Assembly (NCBI GenBank): GCA_027317865.1
Contig: DAHVQG010000005.1
Location: 32,001-96,000 of the forward strand
Origin: Bdellovibrionales bacterium
Lineage (GTDB): Bacteria; Bdellovibrionota; Bdellovibrionia; Bdellovibrionales; UBA1609
Direction of reading: 5' to 3'
DNA: 64,000 nt
In this document: positions 49,831-59,456 of the stretch, one piece after another
How the letters are laid out: each line of letters begins with the position of its first letter
Position numbering within the stretch: position 1 is the first letter of the stretch
Position numbers and translations under genes: made by a program
Notes under the pieces: generated by a model
Database searches by the model: none
Told to the model about the DNA's origin: nothing
Seen by the model: the letters and a program-made list of their open reading frames with translations, nothing else

Positions 49831-51938
49831 TTTGTTATCCCCTCGCATAGTAAGATGAACGCGTATTCTAGCGCGATAACCTTCAAAGATTCAAACCGCC
49901 CTGTGGTGCCGGAATGACCCGCCGACATTTCTGTTTTGAGAAGGTAAAGGTGATCCGCGCGCGTTGTAAAGTCACGCAGCTTGGCAATCCATTTGGCCGG
50001 TTCCCAGTATTGAACTTGCGAATCATGATAGCCGGTCGTGGCTAAAATATGCGGATAAGCTTGTTTGCGTATATTGTCGTACGGTGAGTACGACTTTATA
50101 TACCGATAATCACCGTGCACATTCGGGTTGCCCCATTCTTCGTATTCGTTAGTTGTGAGGGGCAAACTGTCATCAAGCATTGTGGTCAAAGCGTCGACAA
50201 ATGGAACGGCGGCTACGATGCCGTTATAAAGATCTGGCCTCATGTTCACAATAGCTCCCATCAAAAGGCCGCCGGCGCTACCGCCCATTGCGTAAATATG
50301 ATGGAGTTTGCCAATCCCCGCGCGAATTAAAAATTCGGTTGTCGAGATAAAATCTGAAAAAGTATTTTTCTTCTTCCGAAGTTTGCCGTTATCGTACCAG
50401 TGACGTCCCATTTCGCTCCCGCCGCGAATGTGCGCAATGGCAAAAACAAATCCGCGGTCTAATAAGCTAATAACGAAACGGTCAAAGTCTGGATCACAAT
50501 TGAGGCCATATGAACCATATCCATAAACAAGCAGCGGATTTTTGCCTTTTTTGAATCGATCGCGCCTGTAAACAACCGAAATGGGAACGCGAACCCCGTC
50601 ATTGGCCTTTGCCCAAAGCCGTTTTGAAACGTAATTTGCTTTTTTATAAGTCGGTACTATTGCGGCTTTTAATAAAACCGAACGTTTTGTTTTGAAGTCA
50701 AAACTCAAAACAGTTTCAGGCCGGTTTGGTGATTCATAAACATATTGAAATGCTTTGGCTTCGTATTCAGCATTTGCACCGATTTCAGTCACATACGTTG
50801 GATCCGGAAATGCTATTGTGCGAAGGCTCGGGTTTGCGAAACCAAAGGCACCGCGCGATAAATAAGTCAGTTGCGGCAGGCCATTTTTTCTCTCTTGAAG
50901 CACTATCCAGTCTTTGAGCACGAGAACGTCTTCGATCAAAACGTCTTTTCTGTGAGGTACGACTTCACGCCATTTTTTTGGAGCGGTTTCTTTTTTGTCT
51001 GTCACAAGAAGGCGAAAATTCGGTGCGCGTCGATTTGAGAGAATAAAATAAACGTCCCCGCCGTCAAAAACCGAGTATTCGTGCTTGGGCGCGCGTTTTA
51101 GAAAAATCTTAAATTTTGCCTCGGGATCAAAGGCGCTCGTTGTGCGCCATTCGTGGGCGGTGCTGCTTTCTGAGTAAATATAGACTTCGTTTTGCGTCAA
51201 TGATTTTGAAACATATGTAAAGAACTTTTCGTCTTTTTCATAATAAACAAGAGTTGGTTGACTTTGCTTATTGCCAATTTTGTATTTAAAAATTCGATCC
51301 GCGCGCAACGTTTTCGGATTTTGCCGTCCAAATAGAACGGTTTTATTGTCATTCATCCAAACGGCGTTGCCGGTGGTGTCGGCGATCGCATCGCGCAAAG
51401 TTTTGCCGGTAATTAAATTCTTAAAATGGAGCGTATAAAATCGCCTGCCAACCGTATCGACGGCATAAAGGAGCCAATTCTGATCGTGTGACACGCGCAC
51501 ATTTATGACATCAAAGTATTTGTGTTTACGCGCAAGCTTGTTCACGTCTAATATAACTTCGGCTCGCCGCTCGCGACCCATTTTCACCGGTTGCCCAAGC
51601 TTTTGGATTTTTCTGCGGCAATATATAGGATACTCTCGGCCCTTTTTGTATTTTGTGAAATAGAAATACGACCCGAGGCGAAACGGCGCGGATACGTCAT
51701 CTTCTTTTATGCGCGCCTTGAATTCACGAAATAGCTTTCGTTGCAGTTGCCGCACGGGCTTTAGTTTTTTATCCGCATATTTGTTCTCGACATTTAAAAA
51801 ATCGAGAACTGATTTTGAGTCGCGTGCGCGAAGCCAGAAGTAAGGGTCGGCTCGCCGATCGCCAAACTTCGAGTGAGTTTTTAGTATTCTTTTGTGTTGC
51901 GGCCACTCCCGATGCGCTAAAGTGAGGGAATCGTTCAC
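49827..51938 (-). CDS. ptrB: Oligopeptidase B (S9A)
   Basis: DPYFWLR, YGYGSYG, HIRGG, GGSAGG, DSQVQYWEPAKW, AGH; GTG start overlapping the upstream TGA. Confidence 0.93.
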   Translation of the reverse strand: MNDSLTLAHREWPQHKRILKTHSKFGDRRADPYFWLRARDSKSVLDFLNVENKYADKKLKPVRQLQRKLFREFKARIKEDDVSAPFRLGSYFYFTKYKKGREYPIYCRRKIQKLGQPVKMGRERRAEVILDVNKLARKHKYFDVINVRVSHDQNWLLYAVDTVGRRFYTLHFKNLITGKTLRDAIADTTGNAVWMNDNKTVLFGRQNPKTLRADRIFKYKIGNKQSQPTLVYYEKDEKFFTYVSKSLTQNEVYIYSESSTAHEWRTTSAFDPEAKFKIFLKRAPKHEYSVFDGGDVYFILSNRRAPNFRLLVTDKKETAPKKWREVVPHRKDVLIEDVLVLKDWIVLQERKNGLPQLTYLSRGAFGFANPSLRTIAFPDPTYVTEIGANAEYEAKAFQYVYESPNRPETVLSFDFKTKRSVLLKAAIVPTYKKANYVSKRLWAKANDGVRVPISVVYRRDRFKKGKNPLLVYGYGSYGLNCDPDFDRFVISLLDRGFVFAIAHIRGGSEMGRHWYDNGKLRKKKNTFSDFISTTEFLIRAGIGKLHHIYAMGGSAGGLLMGAIVNMRPDLYNGIVAAVPFVDALTTMLDDSLPLTTNEYEEWGNPNVHGDYRYIKSYSPYDNIRKQAYPHILATTGYHDSQVQYWEPAKWIAKLRDFTTRADHLYLLKTEMSAGHSGTTGRFESLKVIALEYAFILLCEGITK

Positions 51939-52450
51939 TTGCCCGCCGCTTCTAAATCGTGCTCTAACGGCAGATGTTCTGAAGCGGGAACACTTAATTC
52001 TTCTGCGCGCCGGTTCGCCTCCGCCACCAACATGGCTTGGTAGCTTCGACCCCAATTGGCCAATTCTCGAAGCGCAGGTTCAAGCGAGCGCCCCAAACTG
52101 GTGAGCGAATATTCAACGCGCGGCGGGACTTCATAAAACATTTTGCGGTCGATTAAACCGTCGTGCTCGAGCTCTCGCAACTGTTGGGCAAGCATTTTAA
52201 CTGTGATCCCTTTGATTTCACGTTTGAGCTCGCCAAAGCGTTTTTTGGACTCGCGTAACCGCCAGATTATCACGGGCTTCCATTTGCCGCCGATAAGCCG
52301 AATGGCAAGTTCCACGGGGCAGTGTACAGACGCTAACGCCCGCTTTGACCCGCCCGTTTTCATGCTTTTTACCAACGCAATTTCTTGTTCACTTAGCTTT
52401 TTGTTGCCTTCTGGGGGACAATTTGTGTTGCCTGTGCTGACGTCTAACAT
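51935..52450 (-). CDS. HxlR family winged-helix regulator
   Basis: CPVE..IGGKWKPVI, RFGEL, LRELE.DG, VPPRVEYSLT; AAGGAG RBS before ATG 52450. Confidence 0.92.
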   Translation of the reverse strand: MLDVSTGNTNCPPEGNKKLSEQEIALVKSMKTGGSKRALASVHCPVELAIRLIGGKWKPVIIWRLRESKKRFGELKREIKGITVKMLAQQLRELEHDGLIDRKMFYEVPPRVEYSLTSLGRSLEPALRELANWGRSYQAMLVAEANRRAEELSVPASEHLPLEHDLEAAGK

Positions 52451-52638
52451 CTGGTGTCTCCTTAATTTTTTCTTCTTATCATGTACTGGCGGAACAGTAT
52501 ATACAACAACTTTAGAAACAATTGAAAAAATAACCGTTGTAGTGGATGTTTGATAGCAAAATGTTTCTAACAGAGCTCTGCGTCGGCATGTTATAGCAAA
52601 TTGAAAGGCTCGAATACATTTTTGGGGGGGGATCAAAA

Positions 52639-54099
52639 ATGACGACGGCACCAACCGCAGCCGAAGCGGATTCCACAGGATTTTCGCTACCGCAACTTGT
52701 AGCCAATAAATTTCGTGACCGCGAGTTTTTCGGCCATCCCATAGGTTTGTATGTGCTGTTTCTAACTGAAATGTGGGAGCGGTTTTCTTACTACGGTATG
52801 ATTTCGCTGCTCGTCTTATACATGAACGAGTTTTTGTTGAAAGATCCCGCCCGAGCCCATCAGATTTTTGGTTATGTGGCTTTTGCCCATGTGATTACGT
52901 CTGTGTTCGGCAAATTGACGGCCCAGCAGATGAGTTCACAAATTTTCGGCCTTTACACTGGATTTATTTACGTCACGCCCATTTTCGGCGGCATGCTCGC
53001 CGACAAAGTTTGGGGTCAGCACAAGTGCATTTATTTGGGCGGGATTTTAATGGCTATCGGTCACTTTATGATGGCATTTGAAAGCTGTTTTTTGTTTGCA
53101 CTTTTATTTCTCATTCTCGGGTGTGGGGCGCTCAAACCGAACATTTCAACTCAAGTTGGTAATTTGTACCCCGAGGGTGATGAACGTCGCGATCGCGCCT
53201 TCACTATCTTTTATATGGGCATCAACCTTGGCGCGGTACTGTCGCCGCTTGTCTGCTGGACACTTGGAGTAGAGTTCGGTTGGGGCTACGGATTTTCTGC
53301 TGCCGGCGTTGGCATGTTACTCGGTTTGGTTATTTATTATCTGGGATCAGGGCTAGTACCACGTCATCCAGTTAAAACAAAAGCCGATATGGAAAAGGAA
53401 CTTGAAAATAAAGATGAAGCGAAAGAAGAAAAGCCACGCAAGAGGCCATTGACGAAACAAGAATGGTGGCAAGTTTGGGCTTTGGTAATTCTTTGTATTA
53501 CGAACATGGCGTTTTGGGCTGTGTATATGCAACAAAGTAACACGCTGATGTTATGGTCGGCACAACGGACGAACTGGCATTTTTGGATTTTTCACATTCC
53601 TCCGGGCTGGTATGCTAGTTTCAACCCCGCATTTATCATTCTATTCGCCCCGCTACTCGATATATTTTGGGGCTGGCAATCCGGGCGCGGCAAAGAGCCG
53701 TCAACCGTGATCAAGATGGGCATTGGCTGTCTGCTTTTGGGTTCGTCATACTTCATTATGATGGCGGCGGCACATTTTGTTCCGCCACACGAGCGCGGCA
53801 GTGTCATGTGGCTCGCGGCGACGACATGGGTTTTTACGATGGGCGAGCTCTATTTGTCACCGACGGGGCTTTCGCTTGTCACCAAAGTGGCACCAGGGCC
53901 ACTGCTGAATACCATGATGGGTTGTTGGTTTTTGTCGTATGCCGTTGGTGATTGGTTAGGTGGTGACATCGGCATGTTTTACAACGTGATGACCAAACAA
54001 CATTTCTTTTTGCTTTTGGCGGCCATCGGGATCATCACGGGCGTTATTTTCTTTTTGCTCAAACGACCGCTCAGTCGTAGCATACAGCAAGACATTTAA
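52639..54099 (+). CDS. Proton-dependent oligopeptide transporter (POT/PTR)
   Basis: GHPIGL, EMWERFSYYGM, FYMGINLG, GELYLSPTGLS. Confidence 0.95.
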   Translation: MTTAPTAAEADSTGFSLPQLVANKFRDREFFGHPIGLYVLFLTEMWERFSYYGMISLLVLYMNEFLLKDPARAHQIFGYVAFAHVITSVFGKLTAQQMSSQIFGLYTGFIYVTPIFGGMLADKVWGQHKCIYLGGILMAIGHFMMAFESCFLFALLFLILGCGALKPNISTQVGNLYPEGDERRDRAFTIFYMGINLGAVLSPLVCWTLGVEFGWGYGFSAAGVGMLLGLVIYYLGSGLVPRHPVKTKADMEKELENKDEAKEEKPRKRPLTKQEWWQVWALVILCITNMAFWAVYMQQSNTLMLWSAQRTNWHFWIFHIPPGWYASFNPAFIILFAPLLDIFWGWQSGRGKEPSTVIKMGIGCLLLGSSYFIMMAAAHFVPPHERGSVMWLAATTWVFTMGELYLSPTGLSLVTKVAPGPLLNTMMGCWFLSYAVGDWLGGDIGMFYNVMTKQHFFLLLAAIGIITGVIFFLLKRPLSRSIQQDI

Positions 54100-54113
54100 C
54101 TTCAGGAGACCTC

Positions 54114-55496
54114 ATGTCTGATGCTGTATCTCATTCTCAAAACGGCGATCGCTCGGGCCAAACTACAAGCTTAACAAGACAGCTCGGTCTTTGGTCGGCT
54201 GTTTTCATGTGCATGGGCAGTGAAATAGGCTCAGGGATATTTTTGGTGTCAGCCGATATCGCAACGGCAATGAAATCGCCCATGGCCGGCCTAATGGTTT
54301 GGGTGGTAGCGGGTCTCATTTCACTGGCGGGGGCACTGATTTTTGCGGAACTCGGCACGATGTTCCCGAGTGCGGGAGGCGAGTACGTATTTTTGCGTGA
54401 AGCCTATCACCCGATATTGGCCTTTTTGTACGGCTGGACGCTAATTTTTGTTATTCAAGCCGGGACAATTGCGGGCCTGGCCGCCGCGTTTTCGCGGTTT
54501 ATGTTGCCGTTTTTACACCTTGGGCGATTCGGCCGCGAAATCGAATCTACAATTATAGTGGTTGTATTAACGCTGATGAATTTTGTCGGCATTAAGCGCG
54601 GGGCGCAACTCCTTGATGCGGTAACTTCATTTAAAGTTGTCGCAATCGTCGGGTTGATTCTATACGTTTTATTTGCGAGCCCGCATGGCACGGTTTCGCC
54701 GATTGATTTCAGTTTTGGCAAATCGACATTATCGGCGTTTGGCGTAGCACTTCTTGCGGCGTTTTGGGCTTATGACGGATGGTACTCGATTACATTTATC
54801 GCTGGAGAGATGAAAAATCCGGCACGCGACATTCCGTTGTCCTCGCTCATTGCCATTATCGGAACGGGTACGCTTTATATTTTGTGCTCCTATGTGTACT
54901 ACAAAGTTTTGCCAGTTTCGGCGATTGCACATTCGCATTACGTCGCGGCCGATGCCGTTCGCGTTTTGGGTGGCGATACGGCGGTTCGCATATTGGGTAT
55001 TGTCGTGTTAATTTCTGTGCTGGGTTGTTTGAATGCTTGCATTATATCAGGCGCACGCGTGATTTACGCGATGGCTAAAGATAACGTGCTCCCGCATGCT
55101 TTAGCTGTTGTTAATCCCAAAACTCATTCACCGAATCGAGCTCTGACTTTGCAAATGATTTGGAGTATTCTTCTTGTTTGGAGTGGCACCTATGATCAGC
55201 TTTTTACTTACGTCATCGTCGCGGGCTTTATATTTTACGGTCTTACCGCTTCGGCTGTTTTGTGGCTACGCAGAAAAAGACCGAATCAAAATCGACCGTA
55301 CAAAGTGCCGCTTTATCCGATTTTGCCGCTCGCATATGTGCTATTCACAATTGTCTTTACGGTGAATTCGTTTGTTGAAAAGACAAAAGAATCATTTGCC
55401 GGATTGTTGATTGTCGCGACCGGTTTGCCTGCCTATTACATCATGAAGAAGCTTGCCGCTCGTCGTGCCGAACAAAATGCCGCGACCCCAAGTTAA
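54114..55496 (+). CDS. APC family amino acid permease
   Basis: IGSGIF, AELGTMFPSAGGEY, WAYDGW, EMKNPAR, RPYKVPLYP. Confidence 0.94.
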   Translation: MSDAVSHSQNGDRSGQTTSLTRQLGLWSAVFMCMGSEIGSGIFLVSADIATAMKSPMAGLMVWVVAGLISLAGALIFAELGTMFPSAGGEYVFLREAYHPILAFLYGWTLIFVIQAGTIAGLAAAFSRFMLPFLHLGRFGREIESTIIVVVLTLMNFVGIKRGAQLLDAVTSFKVVAIVGLILYVLFASPHGTVSPIDFSFGKSTLSAFGVALLAAFWAYDGWYSITFIAGEMKNPARDIPLSSLIAIIGTGTLYILCSYVYYKVLPVSAIAHSHYVAADAVRVLGGDTAVRILGIVVLISVLGCLNACIISGARVIYAMAKDNVLPHALAVVNPKTHSPNRALTLQMIWSILLVWSGTYDQLFTYVIVAGFIFYGLTASAVLWLRRKRPNQNRPYKVPLYPILPLAYVLFTIVFTVNSFVEKTKESFAGLLIVATGLPAYYIMKKLAARRAEQNAATPS

Positions 55497-55511
55497 GGGC
55501 GCGCGGCATTT
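55475..55511. terminator. Hairpin between convergent genes, probable bidirectional terminator
   Basis: AAATGCCGCG...CGCGGCATTT perfect 10-bp stem at the permease/GST junction. Confidence 0.55.
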
Positions 55512-55521
55512 AAATAGAAAA

Positions 55522-56130
55522 TTACTTCGTAAGACCTTCAGCTTTTAGTGCCGACTGAACCGCAGGGGTTGTCGATACTTTTTCGACATAGCCCATAAGA
55601 TTCGGCCATTTTGTAAGATCAAATTTAACAGCGCGTGACCAATTGAGAACTGTCCACATGTAGGCGTCGCACACAGAGAATTGTGAGCCCATTAAAAATT
55701 GACCCGGTTTTATTTGGCCATTTACCCATTCTAATCGATTCGTTAATCGTTCGTGTGCAGCCTTTTTGGTTGCCTCGGGCAAATCTTTGCTCCACAGGGG
55801 GCTATAGCTTTTGTGAATTTCAGTTGCTATAAAGTTGAGCCATTCTTGCGCTTTGTAACGCTCCCATGTTCCATTTTTTGGCAGCAATTTTTTTTCAGGG
55901 GCTTGATCGGCGATGTATTGAAGGATAGCGGCTCCTTCAGTTAAAATTTGACCCTCATTTGTTTCAAGGCAGGGAACGTATCCTTTGGCATTGATTTTCG
56001 TATAATCTTTGCCGGACTTTGTTTTCTTTGCTTTCGTGTCGACTTGCTCAACTTCAAACTTCACGCCTGAAGCGAAAAGAGCAACATGCGATGCGAGCGA
56101 ACATGCGCCGGGAGAGTAGTACAGTTTCAT
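55522..56130 (-). CDS. gstA: Glutathione S-transferase, beta class
   Basis: MKLYYSPGACSLASH, KGYVPCL, LTEGAAILQYIAD, WLNFIATEIHK. Confidence 0.93.
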   Translation of the reverse strand: MKLYYSPGACSLASHVALFASGVKFEVEQVDTKAKKTKSGKDYTKINAKGYVPCLETNEGQILTEGAAILQYIADQAPEKKLLPKNGTWERYKAQEWLNFIATEIHKSYSPLWSKDLPEATKKAAHERLTNRLEWVNGQIKPGQFLMGSQFSVCDAYMWTVLNWSRAVKFDLTKWPNLMGYVEKVSTTPAVQSALKAEGLTK

Positions 56131-56280
56131 TTCTAACTCCTTTTTTGATTGTTGGAGCTATGATGCTGCGGCTGAACTCACGGCTTCACAAGTCCTGCTG
56201 GCGTGCAATGGCTGGCCTGCGAAAAATTGCCGCGTATCATTGTTACGTTGGCGTTACGCGATAATATAAAAATCAGCGCG

Positions 56281-56832
56281 TCAATTTCGGCTGACGAACG
56301 CATTGTTGCGAATCCAAAATCGTAGCGGCCAATCGCGAGCCTCTTGAGCATAGTCGATTCCGATGCGCGGTCCGCGTTTTATATCGCATTTATGAATATT
56401 AATTCCGATATCTTCAATAAATATAGGTGGAGCGTTTAGCGGCAAACCGTTTAACGGTTTTGCAATTTTAAGCTCTCGGCAGAGTTTACCTGGACCATTT
56501 GTGGGATTTTCTATGTCCATCGTTGGCTGAATCGCACGAATGAGTACGGCTTCGGGTCTTGTTTCGTCGCCGCATACCACATTAAAACAATGGTACATGC
56601 CGTAAATAAGATAAATGTAAGAATGGCCACCGGGGAGATAGAATGCTTTGGTCCGTTCTGTTTTTCTTCCACCGTAGGCGTGGGCGGCTTTATCTTTGAG
56701 GCCCAAATACGCTTCAGTTTCAACAATAATTCCAGATAATTTTTTCCCTCGCCAGATGCGCGTGAGTTGCTTGCCCAACAGTTGTTCGGCCACGGTTTTG
56801 GTCGGTTGCATGTAAAAATCATTTGGGAGCAT
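56281..56832 (-). CDS. DNA-3-methyladenine glycosylase (MPG/AAG family)
   Basis: IVETEAY, YIYLIYGMYHCFN, AVLIRA, NGPGKLC, RIGI. Confidence 0.93.
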   Translation of the reverse strand: MLPNDFYMQPTKTVAEQLLGKQLTRIWRGKKLSGIIVETEAYLGLKDKAAHAYGGRKTERTKAFYLPGGHSYIYLIYGMYHCFNVVCGDETRPEAVLIRAIQPTMDIENPTNGPGKLCRELKIAKPLNGLPLNAPPIFIEDIGINIHKCDIKRGPRIGIDYAQEARDWPLRFWIRNNAFVSRN

Positions 56833-56955
56833 AACGTGTTTGTAATAGCCCGCAAACTATTGATAGACAACGGACGGCGTCTGTCGTAACTCTTTAGCCC
56901 AACATACGCGAGCCATCTAAGCTTTGCTGGGGGAGCATTATGCGGCGGGGTTATT

Positions 56956-57915
56956 ATGCGTAGCATTTCAATGACCGATGAAAATGGACAAGCTCTTGCA
57001 ATTGTCGTCCCACCTATAGATGAAGTGGGGGCGACCGAGCGCGCTCAATTTTTTACCACCCGAAGTATCAAAAAAGACTCAAAGGTACGTGCACTCTATC
57101 TCGCGATTTCAATGTGTGACCTTACTACGCTCGAAGGCGCGGATACTCCCGGTCGAGTACGGCAGCTTTGCGAAAAGGCTCGGCATCCTGTGCCTCCAGA
57201 CATTTTTAATGAAGCAGCGAAACTTAAGGATTTTCCACCAATTCCGTCTGTTGCGGCCGTCTGCGTTTATCCGGCCATGGTTTCGGTTGCGGTCAAAGTG
57301 CTTGCGGGTTCGGGCATTCACGTGGCGTCGGTCGCAACGGCTTTCCCGTCTGGGCAATCACCACTTTCAACGAAAATTGATGAAACGCGATATGCGGTTG
57401 CAAAAGGCGCCGACGAAATCGACATGGTTATCAATCGTGGTGCGTTTTTGTCTGGTGATTATCAACAAGTGTTTGATGAAATCGCCGCGGTTAAAGAGGC
57501 ATGTGGCACCGCTCATCTTAAAGTCATATTAGAGACTGGAGAACTCGGGTCTCTCGATCGCGTGCGACTGGCGTCTGAAATTGCGATGCATGCCGGGGCA
57601 GATTTTATAAAAACATCAACGGGTAAAATTCAACCGGCAGCAACCCTTCCGGTCACGCTCGTTATGCTTCAAGCAATCGCCGATTTTTACCATAAAACGG
57701 GCAAAAAAATCGGCATGAAACCAGCCGGTGGCATTCGAACGGCCAAGCAAGCCATTCAGTATTTGTGCATGGTGAATGAAACATTAGGAGCTGAATGGCT
57801 TACTCCACAACTATTTCGATTTGGTGCAAGCTCAATGCTGAATGACATATTGAGGCAAATATTTAAAGAGGCAACGGGCCGTTACTACTACGACCGCGTA
57901 TTTTCATTGGATTGA
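56956..57915 (+). CDS. deoC: Deoxyribose-phosphate aldolase
   Basis: DLTTLEG, AAVCVYP, GADEIDMV, LKVILETGEL, FIKTSTGK, KPAGGIR, RFGASS. Confidence 0.95.
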   Translation: MRSISMTDENGQALAIVVPPIDEVGATERAQFFTTRSIKKDSKVRALYLAISMCDLTTLEGADTPGRVRQLCEKARHPVPPDIFNEAAKLKDFPPIPSVAAVCVYPAMVSVAVKVLAGSGIHVASVATAFPSGQSPLSTKIDETRYAVAKGADEIDMVINRGAFLSGDYQQVFDEIAAVKEACGTAHLKVILETGELGSLDRVRLASEIAMHAGADFIKTSTGKIQPAATLPVTLVMLQAIADFYHKTGKKIGMKPAGGIRTAKQAIQYLCMVNETLGAEWLTPQLFRFGASSMLNDILRQIFKEATGRYYYDRVFSLD

Positions 57916-57926
57916 GGAACTTAAAA

Positions 57927-59450
57927 ATGACCACCAAACGTGCGCAGAAAAAAAGCAGTCCGGCTGTCACCTCGATCACCCAAAAGACACGCTTAAGCGG
58001 CGCAGAAGCGCCTCGCTTCGAATATGCTCCTTCAGTGCAATCTTCTGATTTTGTGCAGATCGAAAAGCGAAATGGGTTATTTATCGGCGGCAAATTTGTC
58101 GAACCGAAAAGCGGCCGTTATTTTGCGACCATTAATCCGGCTACGGGAGAAAAGCTTGCCGAAATATCAGAAGCAAGTGCCGACGACGTAGATCTAGCCG
58201 TTAAAACGGCACGCAAGGCGTACGTAAACGTTTGGTCGAAAATAAGCGCAAAAGAGCGCGGGCGCTATTTGTTTCGAATTGCGCGGCTCATTCAAGAACG
58301 CTCTCGTGAACTAGCTGTTCTTGAAACAATCGATAATGGCAAGCCGATTCGCGAATCGCGAGATGTTGATGTTCCTCTTGTGGCGGCGCATTTTTTCTAC
58401 CATGCCGGCTGGGCGGATAAGCTTCACTACGCTTTTCCGGGTCAAACGCTTGCTCCACTCGGGGTAGTTGGGCAGGTAATACCCTGGAATTTTCCGCTTC
58501 TCATGGCGGCGTGGAAGATCGCACCGGCGCTTGCGTGCGGTAATACAGTTGTACTTAAACCGGCAGAGACAACGTCGCTATCGGTTCTGAGGCTCGCTCA
58601 AATCTTTCAAGAAGCAGGGTTGCCAGACGGGGTGGTGAACTTAGTCACTGGCGCGGGGGCTACGGGTTCGGCCCTGGTTGGTCATTCTGACATTAATAAA
58701 GTCGCGTTTACCGGTTCAACTGAGGTTGGCAAAATCATTGCGCGCGCGGTTGCTGGGACAAATAAGCGGTTGACGCTTGAATTGGGCGGTAAGTCTGCCC
58801 ATATTATTTTTGAAGACGCGGCGCTCGATCAGGCCCTTGAGGGTGTGATAAACGGAATTTATTTTAATCAAGGTCACGTTTGCTGCGCGGGCTCGCGGCT
58901 TCTTCTTGAAGAATCAATCGCAAAAGATTTTATTGATAAACTCAAAAGAAGATTAACGAAGCTTCGCGTTGGCAATCCGCTTGATAAAAATACCGATATT
59001 GGCGCGATTAATTCTGAAGGCGAATTGAAAAAAATCAAAAAACTGATTCAACTCGGGTGCGATGAGGGCGGCGAGCTCTACGAGCCGAAGACCTGCAAAA
59101 TTCCTGAAAAAGGCTATTTTCAACGGCCGTGTTTTTTTTCAAACGTGTCATCGAGTTTTACTTTGAGCCGCGTTGAAATATTTGGCCCGGTTCTCACTAT
59201 ATCAACGTTTCGCACTCCACAAGAAGCCGTATTGAAAGCAAACGATACGCCGTATGGTTTAGCGGCTGGGGTGTGGTCTGAAAAAGGCGCCAAAATTCAT
59301 AAGGTGGCAGGCGCGCTTAAGGCGGGCGTAGTTTGGGCCAACACATATAATAAATTCGATCCATCCGCTCCGTTTGGCGGGTACAACGAAAGTGGCTGGG
59401 GACGCGAGGGCGGCCGTCATGGACTAATGGCTTATCTTGATGTGAAGTAG
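57927..59450 (+). CDS. Aldehyde dehydrogenase, catalytic
   Basis: PWNFP, KPAE, FTGSTEVG, LELGGKS, GHVCCAGSR, EIFGPV, PFGG. Confidence 0.95.
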   Translation: MTTKRAQKKSSPAVTSITQKTRLSGAEAPRFEYAPSVQSSDFVQIEKRNGLFIGGKFVEPKSGRYFATINPATGEKLAEISEASADDVDLAVKTARKAYVNVWSKISAKERGRYLFRIARLIQERSRELAVLETIDNGKPIRESRDVDVPLVAAHFFYHAGWADKLHYAFPGQTLAPLGVVGQVIPWNFPLLMAAWKIAPALACGNTVVLKPAETTSLSVLRLAQIFQEAGLPDGVVNLVTGAGATGSALVGHSDINKVAFTGSTEVGKIIARAVAGTNKRLTLELGGKSAHIIFEDAALDQALEGVINGIYFNQGHVCCAGSRLLLEESIAKDFIDKLKRRLTKLRVGNPLDKNTDIGAINSEGELKKIKKLIQLGCDEGGELYEPKTCKIPEKGYFQRPCFFSNVSSSFTLSRVEIFGPVLTISTFRTPQEAVLKANDTPYGLAAGVWSEKGAKIHKVAGALKAGVVWANTYNKFDPSAPFGGYNESGWGREGGRHGLMAYLDVK

Positions 59451-59456
59451 GTAAAT

